64,000 bases of DNA, taken from Aureliella sp. (GTDB taxonomy: Bacteria; Planctomycetota; Planctomycetia; Pirellulales; Pirellulaceae). The stretch's first letter is position 1, and every line of letters starts with the position of its first letter. Both the position numbers and the translations under genes were made by a program. Below the pieces are notes generated by a model, which was not told the DNA's origin, searched no databases, and was given only the letters and a program-made list of their open reading frames with translations. Of the stretch, positions 9,128-18,887 are shown piece after piece. The stretch lies in the NCBI GenBank assembly GCA_963691875.1, contig OY829846.1:3456001-3520000 (forward strand), written 5' to 3'.

Positions 9128-10282
9128 TTATTGCGGTGCAAAGAGGTCGGATGCTGGTTTCGATTCAAGCCACTTCATCGAGAAGTTGACGAACGAAATA
9201 TCTGCATAGCCGTCTTTTTCGTAAAGCAGTCCGACATCGCCATCCGGCAGCTTGACCAAGTTGGAATAAGCCGAGCCGCCTGAGAAGATCTGCTTCGCAA
9301 CGGGCCAAGTCTTTCCATCGTCATGGCTCAGCCACACATGCATATTCTCTCTCTTCTTTCCTTTGGGACTGGAGAATAGTAAGCGACTCTTTCCCCCTAC
9401 ATCTGCGAAGGAATAGCGAATCATGCTGGCTTGGCAGACTGGTGTATCGAGCGTCGAATCCAGGTAATCGTCTTCCCAGTTCTCTCCGCCATCCTTGCTG
9501 ACTGACATCGCTCGTTTGTTCTTGCCGTGATAGGAACGCATGGCCTGTAGCACCGAGCCATCGGAAAGTTCTGCCACGGCCGATTCATTGGTCTTATCCT
9601 GATGCACACCGCCAAGCTGCCATGTCGCTCCATGATCATCGGAGTAAATGACATGACTACGATAAGGATGCCTTGATGCATCAGTATGATCAGAATGATT
9701 GCATGGGATCACCAGCCGTCCCGCGTACTTTCCGCGAGTCAGTTGGATTGCATTGCCAGGGCCGGTAGCATACCAGCGCCAATGATCTTCGCGAGTGCTG
9801 TCGCTGATCTTCTTCGGAGGAACCCAGTTTCGCCCATCGTCTTTCGAGTGCGATACATAGACTTGTCGCGGGTATTTGCTTGTGCCTTCCATGATCTTGT
9901 GTTCACTATCGGAGCCGAGATTCCAGGTCAGTAGGAGCCAAATTACGCCCGTTTCTTGATCCACAACGGGGCTTGGATTCCCACAAGTGTTGCCTGCGTC
10001 GTCCCAGATCAACTGCGGTTTCGACCAGGTTTTCCCCAAGTCCTCGGAACGACTGACAAGCATGTCGATATTGCCCGCGTCGCCGCGGCCAGACTTTCGT
10101 CCTTCGCAAAAAGCAAGCAGCGTCCCTTCTCTGCTGCACACAATGGCAGGAATGCGATAAGTGTGATAGCCATGCTCACCACGCTCGAACACAGGTGTGT
10201 GCGACAGTTCTTGAGCTCGTGCGTGCTCAGCCGGGTGAAATGCGAGTACGACAATACAGGCGATCAGGAAAATTCGTAGCAT
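9128..10282 (-). CDS. Exo-alpha-sialidase (GH33-like), secreted
   Basis: YRIP motif, repeated Asp-boxes (SEDLGKTW, SKDDGRNW, SDDHGATW, SKDGGENW, SHDDGKTW), SAYS and LLYE. Signal peptide from MLRIFL. Confidence 0.93.
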   Translation of the reverse strand: MLRIFLIACIVVLAFHPAEHARAQELSHTPVFERGEHGYHTYRIPAIVCSREGTLLAFCEGRKSGRGDAGNIDMLVSRSEDLGKTWSKPQLIWDDAGNTCGNPSPVVDQETGVIWLLLTWNLGSDSEHKIMEGTSKYPRQVYVSHSKDDGRNWVPPKKISDSTREDHWRWYATGPGNAIQLTRGKYAGRLVIPCNHSDHTDASRHPYRSHVIYSDDHGATWQLGGVHQDKTNESAVAELSDGSVLQAMRSYHGKNKRAMSVSKDGGENWEDDYLDSTLDTPVCQASMIRYSFADVGGKSRLLFSSPKGKKRENMHVWLSHDDGKTWPVAKQIFSGGSAYSNLVKLPDGDVGLLYEKDGYADISFVNFSMKWLESKPASDLFAPQ

Positions 10283-10469
10283 GGCGGTATGGCCTTCTGG
10301 CAGGGGCATTCAGCGGAGTTGGGAAGGGGCATTGTAGCAGAATCCGATTCAATTCCGTCTTGCCAGAAATAGTTCGGGTTTGCTACTCCACGCAAACGCG
10401 CGGCTCGCCAATCGTTTAAGTTGGTAGGTTCTTCGGCTTGGTCTACGCTTGATTCTGGGAGTTTATTCA

Positions 10470-11468
10470 ATGAGTCATTTTAGTCGCCGTCAAATGCTCT
10501 CTTATGCTGCTTTCTCGTCCGCCGCTGTTGCAGGCACAAGTTCCAACGCACACTCCAGCAACTCTCAGCCGCCATCGCCGGAAGCTGTGTCCGAGAAGAA
10601 AAAGTATCGGATGAGGAAATCGATCAACCAGTGGGCATTTCCGTACCCCGAGAAAATGAGCTTGGCTGATTGTCTGCGGTTGGCCAAGGCTGCGGGCTTT
10701 GACGGCATCGAACTCAACTACGATCTGGACAACGATCTCTCTCCGAAGCATTCAAGTGCACAATACGAGAAGATACGAAAGCTAGCGGACGAAATCGGAA
10801 TTGAAATCAGCGGCGTCTGCTCCTTCTTTTTTTGGCCTTATCCCCTAACCAGCAACGATCCCGATGAACGTGCCAAAGGAATGGAGCTAGCGACCAAGAT
10901 GGCTCAGTGTGCGCATGACCTTGGAACCGAGAATTTGTTAGTCGTTCCCGGCGCCTTACACATGCCTTGGCGCGAAGAGCATGATCCGACGCCCAATGAT
11001 GTCTGCGACGAGCGTGCACGAGAGGCAATCGGAAAACTGGTTCCGCTCGCCGAAAAGCTGGGAATCTACTTGAATATGGAGAACATCTTCTTCAACGGTT
11101 TTTTAATGTCGCCCCTCGAGATGGTAGAGTTTGTCGATAGCTTTGGCAGCGAGCATGTTCGTGTACACTTTGATACGGGCAACATCATGGAGTACCAATT
11201 CCCTGAGCACTGGATTCCAATCTTGGGGGATCGGATCAAAAACGTGCACCTTAAAGAGTTCACGAAGAAAGGAACGGATCACTCCTTAGAGGCATTTCGT
11301 CCGCTGCTCGATGGCACGACGAACTGGCCAGCTGTCTTGAATGCCTTCGAAAAAATTGGCTATGACGGCTATCTGACTTTTGAGTACTTCCATCCCTATC
11401 TGCATCACCCCGAAGCCCTTATTTATCAGACAGCCGATTCTTTGGATCGCATGCTCGGTAGAAAGTGA
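10470..11468 (+). CDS. Sugar phosphate isomerase/epimerase (xylose isomerase-like TIM barrel) with Tat signal
   Basis: SRRQML twin-arginine leader; GFDGIEL, LNMEN, HFDTGN, VHLKE and YLTFE metal-ligand motifs. Confidence 0.92.
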   Translation: MSHFSRRQMLSYAAFSSAAVAGTSSNAHSSNSQPPSPEAVSEKKKYRMRKSINQWAFPYPEKMSLADCLRLAKAAGFDGIELNYDLDNDLSPKHSSAQYEKIRKLADEIGIEISGVCSFFFWPYPLTSNDPDERAKGMELATKMAQCAHDLGTENLLVVPGALHMPWREEHDPTPNDVCDERAREAIGKLVPLAEKLGIYLNMENIFFNGFLMSPLEMVEFVDSFGSEHVRVHFDTGNIMEYQFPEHWIPILGDRIKNVHLKEFTKKGTDHSLEAFRPLLDGTTNWPAVLNAFEKIGYDGYLTFEYFHPYLHHPEALIYQTADSLDRMLGRK

Positions 11469-11601
11469 TCTTCGTTTACGACGATTAATAAACGGCCGCA
11501 GGGCCTGTCTTGCTTTGGTTCCTGCCGGATTCGGTCTTAGATCTATTGCTTGTTCCCTGCCGTAACAGCGCTCCGCTCGCCAGCGGTCTACAGCAGGTGC
11601 A

Positions 11602-14600
11602 TTAATTCTTGTTTTGTGTTTCGTCGAGCGCCATGAGGGCTCGATTCAGGGCCGTCCAAGCTGCTTGATGTGCCAATTGACTAACCTGGGCAGCAGCTTC
11701 CGAGCTTGCCGACTTTGGATTCTCGCTTGACTTGGGCACCGAGTTCTCACCCAAGAGCTTGGTAGCTTCCTCGGTATGCATTTCGAAGTAAGCATGCTGC
11801 CGCTCAAGGAACTTTTTAAGCCAGACCACTTCTTGCTCTGTGGGCTTGCGAGTCAACGTGTGGCGGAAGCGATCAATCAGCACCTGCTCAGTTCTGGGCT
11901 CACCGACTTCGGCTGCCGCTTCCTTCGCAGCTTGTTTTCCAGCCGCCACCGCGAGCTCAACCAGCATCGGGTCATTTAAGAGTGTGAGTGCCTGAAGAGG
12001 ACTATTGCTGCGATTGCGTCGGGCAACGCAAGCTTCACCGCTGGGAGCATCAAAGGTTGAAAACATGGCAAAGGGTGCTGTGCGTTTGATTTTCGTATAG
12101 ATACTACGGCGAAAACGATCCGCGCCACCGCTCGCGTTCCATTTTGGGCCCCCATACGCGACTTCCGTTACGCCCTCCGGCTGTGGTGGGCGGACGGGTG
12201 GTCCGCCACGCTTGAGTGAAAGTCTGCCTGTCGTGCTCAACAAACTGTCACGGAGGATCTCGGCTTCAAGTCTCTGTCTCGGGAAATAGGTCAGCAAGCG
12301 ATTTTGTGGATCCAACGATCGGCTACCGCTAGTAACCCGCGAAGACTGTCGATAAGTGCGACTTGTGACGATGCGACGATGTAAAGATTTGATTGACCAA
12401 TCGTCTTGCTCTAACCAAGTTACTGACAACCAGTCGAGCAACTCGGGGTGGCTTGGCGACTCGCCTTGAAAACCAAAATCATCCAAGGTCTTCACGAGGC
12501 CATTTCCAAAGAATGCTGCCCAAGTGCGATTGACGAACACACGTGCGGTGAGCGGATGCTTCTCCTGAACCAGCCATTGTGCAAACCCCAAGCGATTTGC
12601 AGGTAGTTCTCCGAGACCAGGCAAGACGGATGGCGTCGCAGGTTGGACTTGCTCTTCGGGTTGCAAGAATTCGCCGCGGTGGTGTCGGTGCGTGGGACGA
12701 GTTTCGTTTGCTGGGCGCTCCCGCATTACCAGTGTCGTCGTCACGGCTGGTCGCCGCTGAAGTCGTCGGATTTCGGTCTGATGCTTTGCTAATTCAGGCG
12801 CAGAGAGGAGGAATCTTTCAAACAGACGCTGTTTCTGCTTTGGCTGCAACTCTGCTTCTGTCAGCAAGAGTAAACGCTGGATTTCTCGAGAATGATCACG
12901 TGCCTTTGGTGCATTAGTGCTCGATGTGCCATGAAATCGAAACAAGCCAAAAGAACTTGCAAAGTGCCTTCCAAACGACAGGTGAATGCGAACAGATTTG
13001 CCAGCAGGAACCGGTTGCTTCAAGACAAAAACTGCTGTGTGTCTTTCTCCTTGTCGTCCATGGACGGACCAGCCGGTTTGAATATCGCCATCAAAAGTCA
13101 AGGTCGCGGAAACTGGATTCTTGCCAAAGCGATTGGCTGCAAAGGACTCGGAAGCAGAACCAATCGTCAGAGTCTTTTCATCCACAGAGAAATCGATCTC
13201 GGTTAAGTAAAAATCGCCGAGCGTGCCCTCGTAATAGGTTGAACCTGGTCCGCGAGCTGGCAGGCGTTCATCCGGCAAGGTTTCGACCTCAATCGCATAG
13301 ATCGGTTCGGTTTGCGGAGCGAGTTCAACATAGTAATCGTCCCGTTTGGCCGTATCGCCAGAAGCAAAGATCGCACCGTCTTCCTGAATCGTCAGAATCG
13401 GAAGATTGCTAGTTGCTTTCAGCGGACGCAGCAGCTGCCAGTCTGTGGCATTGCCGCGTTCGGCGACGAGCCATCTTTCGAAAGCGGTCTGAACTAGTTC
13501 GGCACGCTGTTCCTTTTCGTTTCGCTTTACTTCCTCAGGTGAAGCTTTGCCTTCTCGTGGCTCAGAATCTTCAGTAACCTCTTCCTTCTTCTTCCCGGTT
13601 GCCTTCGGCAGTGGCCACTCATCTGGCAGCGATGCGACCAGCTCTGAAGCGCGACGCTTGGAGTTTTGCCAACGCTGTTCAAAATCGGCTCCTGGCAACT
13701 CCAGAGTTGGCTCATCGGCGTTGTTGAGAAACGCCATGATCTGAAAATACTCGGTGTGCGAAATCGGATCATACTTGTGCGTATGGCATTGGCAGCAGCC
13801 GAGAGTCAATCCCAGCCAAGTGGTGCCTGTCGTGGCAACTCGATCCGTCATTGCGTGATATCGAAACTCCAGCGGATCTATTCCGCCCTCTTCATTCAAC
13901 ATCGTATTGCGATGAAATCCCGTGGCAACTCTCTGCTCTTGCGATGCATCGGGCAGCATGTCGCCCGCCAGCTGCTCGATCGTGAACTGATCGAAAGGCA
14001 TGTCGGCGTTCAAGGCATCAATGACCCAATCGCGATAAGGCCAGATGGAGCGATCACGGTCTTTCTCGTAGCCGTTGGTGTCGGCATAGCGTGCTAAGTC
14101 CAGCCAGCGTCGAGCCCAGCGCTCCCCATACTCCGGTGCATCCATCAATCGTGTAATGAGACGTTGGTACGCAGTTTCGTCAATCACCTTTGCGAACTGC
14201 TCGTCCTGTTTCCAGATTTCTTCGACCCATCTGTCTGCCTCCTCAGGCGATGGTGGCAGGCCGACCAGGTCCAGAAACAGGCGACGCACCAGCGTGTAGG
14301 GCTCCGCGTCAGTCGCATGTAGGAGTCCAGCTCGCACTGATTGATCGAGAATGAAGTGATCAATCTCATTTCGACACCAATCGGATCCTGGAGGCTGGGG
14401 GAGGCCATGAAGCCGTGGCGGCTCAAAAGACCAATGTTGCTGCCACGCGGCGCCTTGCTGAACCCAGCGCACGAGTAACTCTTTCTCCTCCGCGCTCAAA
14501 CTCTTGTTCGAGTCTGGTGGAGGCATGATTTCCGATTCGTCATCAGCAAGAATGCGGCGGATCAACTCACTCTGATTCGGACGCGCGGCAAGTACGACTT

Positions 14601-14838
14601 TGTCGCCGGAGCTAGACTCTTGCTGCAACCCATCAGGCGTATCTAAGCGCAGGTCGCCTTCTCGAGAATTCTCATCAGGCCCGTGACAACGAAAACAATT
14701 GTCAGATAGAATCGGACGAACGTCCCGCGAGTAGTCGATTTGCTGGCAGGTTGCGATCTGACAAAGTTGGCAATGCACAACTTGCAGGATTACGAAAGTC
14801 GAACACAACCAGAGTGGACCGCGATGCGATGGAAGCAC
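11602..14838 (-). CDS. PSD1 and planctomycete cytochrome c domain protein (DUF1549/DUF1553)
   Basis: RPILSDNCFRCHGPD, YGERWARRWLDLARYADTNG, CCQCHTHKYDPI, HPLTARVFVNR, HPELLDWL and QALTLLNDP. Confidence 0.95.
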   Translation of the reverse strand: MLPSHRGPLWLCSTFVILQVVHCQLCQIATCQQIDYSRDVRPILSDNCFRCHGPDENSREGDLRLDTPDGLQQESSSGDKVVLAARPNQSELIRRILADDESEIMPPPDSNKSLSAEEKELLVRWVQQGAAWQQHWSFEPPRLHGLPQPPGSDWCRNEIDHFILDQSVRAGLLHATDAEPYTLVRRLFLDLVGLPPSPEEADRWVEEIWKQDEQFAKVIDETAYQRLITRLMDAPEYGERWARRWLDLARYADTNGYEKDRDRSIWPYRDWVIDALNADMPFDQFTIEQLAGDMLPDASQEQRVATGFHRNTMLNEEGGIDPLEFRYHAMTDRVATTGTTWLGLTLGCCQCHTHKYDPISHTEYFQIMAFLNNADEPTLELPGADFEQRWQNSKRRASELVASLPDEWPLPKATGKKKEEVTEDSEPREGKASPEEVKRNEKEQRAELVQTAFERWLVAERGNATDWQLLRPLKATSNLPILTIQEDGAIFASGDTAKRDDYYVELAPQTEPIYAIEVETLPDERLPARGPGSTYYEGTLGDFYLTEIDFSVDEKTLTIGSASESFAANRFGKNPVSATLTFDGDIQTGWSVHGRQGERHTAVFVLKQPVPAGKSVRIHLSFGRHFASSFGLFRFHGTSSTNAPKARDHSREIQRLLLLTEAELQPKQKQRLFERFLLSAPELAKHQTEIRRLQRRPAVTTTLVMRERPANETRPTHRHHRGEFLQPEEQVQPATPSVLPGLGELPANRLGFAQWLVQEKHPLTARVFVNRTWAAFFGNGLVKTLDDFGFQGESPSHPELLDWLSVTWLEQDDWSIKSLHRRIVTSRTYRQSSRVTSGSRSLDPQNRLLTYFPRQRLEAEILRDSLLSTTGRLSLKRGGPPVRPPQPEGVTEVAYGGPKWNASGGADRFRRSIYTKIKRTAPFAMFSTFDAPSGEACVARRNRSNSPLQALTLLNDPMLVELAVAAGKQAAKEAAAEVGEPRTEQVLIDRFRHTLTRKPTEQEVVWLKKFLERQHAYFEMHTEEATKLLGENSVPKSSENPKSASSEAAAQVSQLAHQAAWTALNRALMALDETQNKN

Positions 14839-15027
14839 TTTTAGACCTGTAGCTCGATGACTGAGTTTTGGGAATGAATAGGATGCGATCTATTTTAGCC
14901 AGAATCGAGCGAGTCTTCTGAAGCATCGTCGCGACTGCAAAAGCTTCGTACTGGTAGCTTCCAACTGCCAGATTCCGTGCAGGCTGTATTTCTCTGCGAT
15001 TGCGCTGGCGAGATGCCTCCGATACTG

Positions 15028-15067
15028 AAAAAGCCGCCGAGTCGATTGAGACACAGCGGCTTTTTTT
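15028..15067. terminator. Rho-independent terminator-like hairpin downstream of the Cys-rich lipoprotein gene
   Basis: AAAAAGCCGC...GCGGCTTTTTTT, with a T-tract on both strands. Confidence 0.7.
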
Positions 15068-15096
15068 GTTGTGGCATTAAAAATCTGTCGGAAGGA

Positions 15097-15594
15097 CTAC
15101 TCGCCTTCGGAGGAGGCTTCGGCCTCGGTGCTTTCTTCAACTGGAGTCTCGTCTGTTTCGCCTTCAGCTGGAGCGTCTTGGCTCTCTGCTTCGGCATCTA
15201 GCTTGCAGCAGAGTGCCGAGCCGTTGTGCAAACCACACTTGTCGCATTCCTCAGCTCCCGCGGCACAGCACTGCTCGCTGCCAGCAGCATTGCCGCAGCT
15301 CATGCACATGTCCTTGCCTTTGAGTTCCTCAGGTACTTTGCAGCACAGCGCCGTTCCCTTGTGCAATCCACAACTGTCACACTTTTCAGCGCCATCAGCA
15401 CAGCAAGTTTCGCTGCCTGTTTCTTCCCCGCACATTCCGCACAATATGACTTTAGCTGGTACTGTAGTCGCAGCAGATTCCGTGGCCAGGGCCGTTGGAG
15501 TGGTAGTTTCAGGATTATCGCAACCCAAGGCTGCAACCAACATGAGGGCGGAAATCAAGCAAACTGGCCTGACTAGTTTTTCAGTCAACTTCAC
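15097..15594 (-). CDS. Cys-rich repeat lipoprotein (putative metal-binding); GTG start at 15594 is inferred
   Basis: Lipobox LVAALG-C, Thr/Ala linker, four CxxCGxxxG(S/T)xxCC units, acidic tail, followed by a terminator. Confidence 0.8.
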   Translation of the reverse strand: MKLTEKLVRPVCLISALMLVAALGCDNPETTTPTALATESAATTVPAKVILCGMCGEETGSETCCADGAEKCDSCGLHKGTALCCKVPEELKGKDMCMSCGNAAGSEQCCAAGAEECDKCGLHNGSALCCKLDAEAESQDAPAEGETDETPVEESTEAEASSEGE

Positions 15595-15945
15595 GGTAAT
15601 TCCAATGCAATAAAGGTGAAACGGTTTGCAAACGTATTTCAAGGCGACTGTCGCTGAAGCCGGGACATTTAAATGTACTTGGCGATTATCAGAATTCTTG
15701 CACGATATCCGCCGATGTAAAGCTGAATGCTCAGATTGCTACTCTAGGAAAACTAGATCTGGTGGGTAGCTTCATAGTTAGCGTCCCAGGAGGCGAACCA
15801 CGCCTTCAGCCTCACTGTGTTTCAGGTGACGAGCGATCTTGCCTAAAAAGCACACTGGTATCAACGACTTTGCAAGTTGCACTCGGGTGGGCGACAATGA
15901 TGCCTTTCAATCCCCCTCGACAACTCACCCACTGAATCGATTCCG

Positions 15946-17424
15946 ATGTCAAGAAAGCTGATCGCCACAGTCGCCTCACTATTATTGCTGGCCGGAGTGC
16001 TGTGGATCGTCAACTCCAGCAAGCCAACCACACGAGTGTTATTTTATTGTGCGGCAAGTAATCGTGCCGTGATGGAAGAGATCCGTACCGAGTACGAAAA
16101 AGAGACGGGACGTCGTGTCGAGATCCAGTACGGTCCTTCCCAAACGCTACTGTCACAGATCGAAGTCAGCAAACGCGGCGACTTGTATCTACCTGCCGAT
16201 ACCAGCTACCTCGACATCGGCCGAGAAAAAGGCCTAATTAGTGAACGCCTCGACATCGCTCGAATGGAAGCGGTCTTGGTCGTTCCCAAAGGCAACCCCC
16301 AGCAAATCGGCGCACTCAGCGATCTTTGGGAAAACGACTTAAGAGTCGTCCAAGCCAATCCCGACGCGGCTGCCATCGGCAAAGTAACGCGACGTGTTCT
16401 GACAGAAACCAGTTTGTGGGGCAAACTAGACGCGGCCACAAACGCGTATCGCACCACGGTTACAGACGTTGCCAACGATGTCCTGGTCGGAGCGGCTGAT
16501 GTGGGAATAGTTTACGATGCAGTTTTGCACACTTATCCCGATTTGGAATATGTCGAAATCCCGGAGCTTGCTCCCGCCGCTTCGCAGATTGCTATCTCTG
16601 TTTTGGAGGTAACCGAACAGTCGGACGCTGCTTTTCACTTCGCAAGATACGTTGCAGCACGAGACCGGGGACTCAAGAAATACGAACAGCATGGATTCCG
16701 GATTGGCGAAGGCGATGCTTGGGCCGACTTACCGAAGATCAGTATCTTTGCAGGCTCGATGCTCCGGCCAGCTATTGAAGAGACCATCATCGATTTCGAG
16801 AAACGCGAAGGCATCCAGATCGAACGCGCCTTCAACGGCTGCGGCATCCTAGTCGGCCAGATGAAAGCGGGCCAGTTGCCCGATGCCTATTTTGCCTGCG
16901 ACCAAGAGTTCATGAATCAAGTCGTCGACCTATTTCCAGAACCGGTTGATGTATCCGAAAACGAACTCGTCATCTTGGTAAAGAAAGGCAATCCCAAGGA
17001 GATTTGGAGCTTGCAGGATCTCACGCGAGATGGACTGAAAGTCGGCATCGGCCATGAGAAACTGTGTGCGATGGGCTGGATCACTCAGAACACTTTTCGC
17101 GAAAGTGGAATCCAACAAGAAGTCATGTCCAATGTCTTGGTGCAAACGCCAACCGGCGATCTGCTTGTCAATCAGCTTCGAACGGGTTCTCTCGATGCCG
17201 CAGTTGTCTACCTGAGCAACGCAGCAGGTTCAGCAGATTTGCTTGACGCAGTACAGATCCAAGGCTTGCCCTGCTCGGTGGCTATTCAGCCTTGGGCCGT
17301 CGCCAAAGAGTCAAAGTTTCCTCAGCTGACGAGCCGTCTGTTTGCTCGAATCTGCTCTGCTGAAAGCCAAGGCACTTTCGCTGCCGAAGGTTTTCGTTGG
17401 AGATATGAGAAGGAATCTGAATAA
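15946..17424 (+). CDS. modA: Tandem-domain molybdate/oxyanion ABC substrate-binding protein (ModA-like)
   Basis: N-terminal anchor plus two ModA-type domains (CAASNR...YGPSQTLL...DLYLPAD...KGNP; FAGSMLR...FNGCGILV...DAYFACD...KKGNP). Confidence 0.8.
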   Translation: MSRKLIATVASLLLLAGVLWIVNSSKPTTRVLFYCAASNRAVMEEIRTEYEKETGRRVEIQYGPSQTLLSQIEVSKRGDLYLPADTSYLDIGREKGLISERLDIARMEAVLVVPKGNPQQIGALSDLWENDLRVVQANPDAAAIGKVTRRVLTETSLWGKLDAATNAYRTTVTDVANDVLVGAADVGIVYDAVLHTYPDLEYVEIPELAPAASQIAISVLEVTEQSDAAFHFARYVAARDRGLKKYEQHGFRIGEGDAWADLPKISIFAGSMLRPAIEETIIDFEKREGIQIERAFNGCGILVGQMKAGQLPDAYFACDQEFMNQVVDLFPEPVDVSENELVILVKKGNPKEIWSLQDLTRDGLKVGIGHEKLCAMGWITQNTFRESGIQQEVMSNVLVQTPTGDLLVNQLRTGSLDAAVVYLSNAAGSADLLDAVQIQGLPCSVAIQPWAVAKESKFPQLTSRLFARICSAESQGTFAAEGFRWRYEKESE

Positions 17425-17507
17425 GAGCAAAATGAAGCACCGAGGCCATAGTGTCGTATAACACCCGGCACATGAGTTTGAAGTTGCGCAGCATTTCTGT
17501 GCCCGTT

Positions 17508-17567
17508 GCTAGGGCTCCGCCCCTCCCAGAAATCCTCGTTGAACTCGGATAGGGAGGGCGAACTAGC
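17508..17567. repeat. GC-rich palindromic hairpin between convergent genes (REP-like or terminator)
   Basis: Nested inverted repeats: GCTAG..CGCCCCTCCC..ATCC/..GGAT..GGGAGGGCG..CTAGC. Confidence 0.45.
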
Positions 17568-17593
17568 GGCTGAAGGATAGTTACCGGCCGATC

Positions 17594-18469
17594 CTAGAAC
17601 CTCTTATCGCTGAACTCGGTTATTTCGTGACGAGCCCAGGCAGAAAGAATGTCCAAGGGCGAAGAGAACTTCCCGACACTAGCTCCTGGTGCAACGTCCT
17701 CATCGGTTGATGCCTGCAGTTTGCAAAAGGAGTTGGTGAGTGGCAAGCCAAAGCTGTCAAAGGTCTCTGCTGGTAGCAAACCTGCCACAGCGTCCGCAAC
17801 AGCATCAATGCGAGCAGGATTCGCTTTCCGATAGTCGATGTCGAGGGCCGTTTGGCGTAGGAACCAGCTCGACAAGGCTGTGCAGTGCAATCTAACTACC
17901 CTATCGTTTACACCCGAGCAAAATAATTTCTGGCGAGCCTTCGAAGTGGCGTCCGGTTCGAACGCGAATTGTTCTCCGGACAATAGCTCGTGCATTCCTG
18001 CCAAGAGTTGGTCACTCACGATTTCACAGAACTTGCGAAGTCGATTCAACTGTCTTGCATAGCCAGTTGGCAACCCGGTGCCGAACACGATCAGGTTCAA
18101 GCAGCGGTTTCGAGCTTCGATATGAGTGCTAAAAGCGCTTTGTGCCAAAGGTGCAAAGTCTGTGTCGATCTGCTGTTCTTCTAGGAGACAAGCCTGATGG
18201 GCTACGCAGCGAGTCAAGACTTCACAAAGCAATATCTCTTGAAGCGTCGGTACGATCTCAAACCAATAATCTTGCCGCGAACTGACACTGTGATCACGGA
18301 TATTGTTTTTGTGTTCCGCTAGCGATTCCATCCAACACGAGTGTCGATTCCGGCATGCCAGCCAGTAGTCATGTGTTTGCGACTTGGGTAGCGCCGCACG
18401 AACTCGCAACAAAACTTCGGCTTGGCAAGTGAGGGAGTTGGCAACATCGATGAGCGTGAGGGCGTGCAT
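17594..18469 (-). CDS. Hypothetical helical protein
   Basis: Long ORF filling the gap, with protein-like composition (EILLCEVLTRC, HIEARNRCLNL). No function recognised. Confidence 0.75.
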   Translation of the reverse strand: MHALTLIDVANSLTCQAEVLLRVRAALPKSQTHDYWLACRNRHSCWMESLAEHKNNIRDHSVSSRQDYWFEIVPTLQEILLCEVLTRCVAHQACLLEEQQIDTDFAPLAQSAFSTHIEARNRCLNLIVFGTGLPTGYARQLNRLRKFCEIVSDQLLAGMHELLSGEQFAFEPDATSKARQKLFCSGVNDRVVRLHCTALSSWFLRQTALDIDYRKANPARIDAVADAVAGLLPAETFDSFGLPLTNSFCKLQASTDEDVAPGASVGKFSSPLDILSAWARHEITEFSDKRF

Positions 18470-18887
18470 ATTTTTCGCGATCAATCTTTGTACGGCTGTT
18501 TGCAGTCAGGATTCGACGAATAATCGAAATGCAAAGCTAGCGCCATTAAATCTCCCGCCCGTCAGACACCCATTTCCCGAAGACAACAAGTGCCATAAGT
18601 CCATACAGGCAGGGAGGTTGCGGCTTCGCCCTTGGTCCGCTTTGACTCGCCAGAACGTCTCACAACGCGTTGCGTTTTGGCAACAAACAGAGGTTTTCGT
18701 ATATGGAAAGCAACCGCTATCAAAGGCGCCAGAACTCGTAATCTCGCGTTCATTCATTGCTGGCATTGTGTGTGACCCGCTTGCGATTCGCCTTGTTTCC
18801 GACCAAGACAATTGGCTAATTACCTCTCACTTGCAGGTCTAGCGAAGATGCTGCGCAATTTCGAATCTTCCACACAAGCAGGACATA

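Noticed and set aside
15071..15613. 180-aa plus-strand ORF with internal repeats
   Set aside because: Antisense shadow of the Cys-rich lipoprotein, which has the lipobox and the coherent motif.
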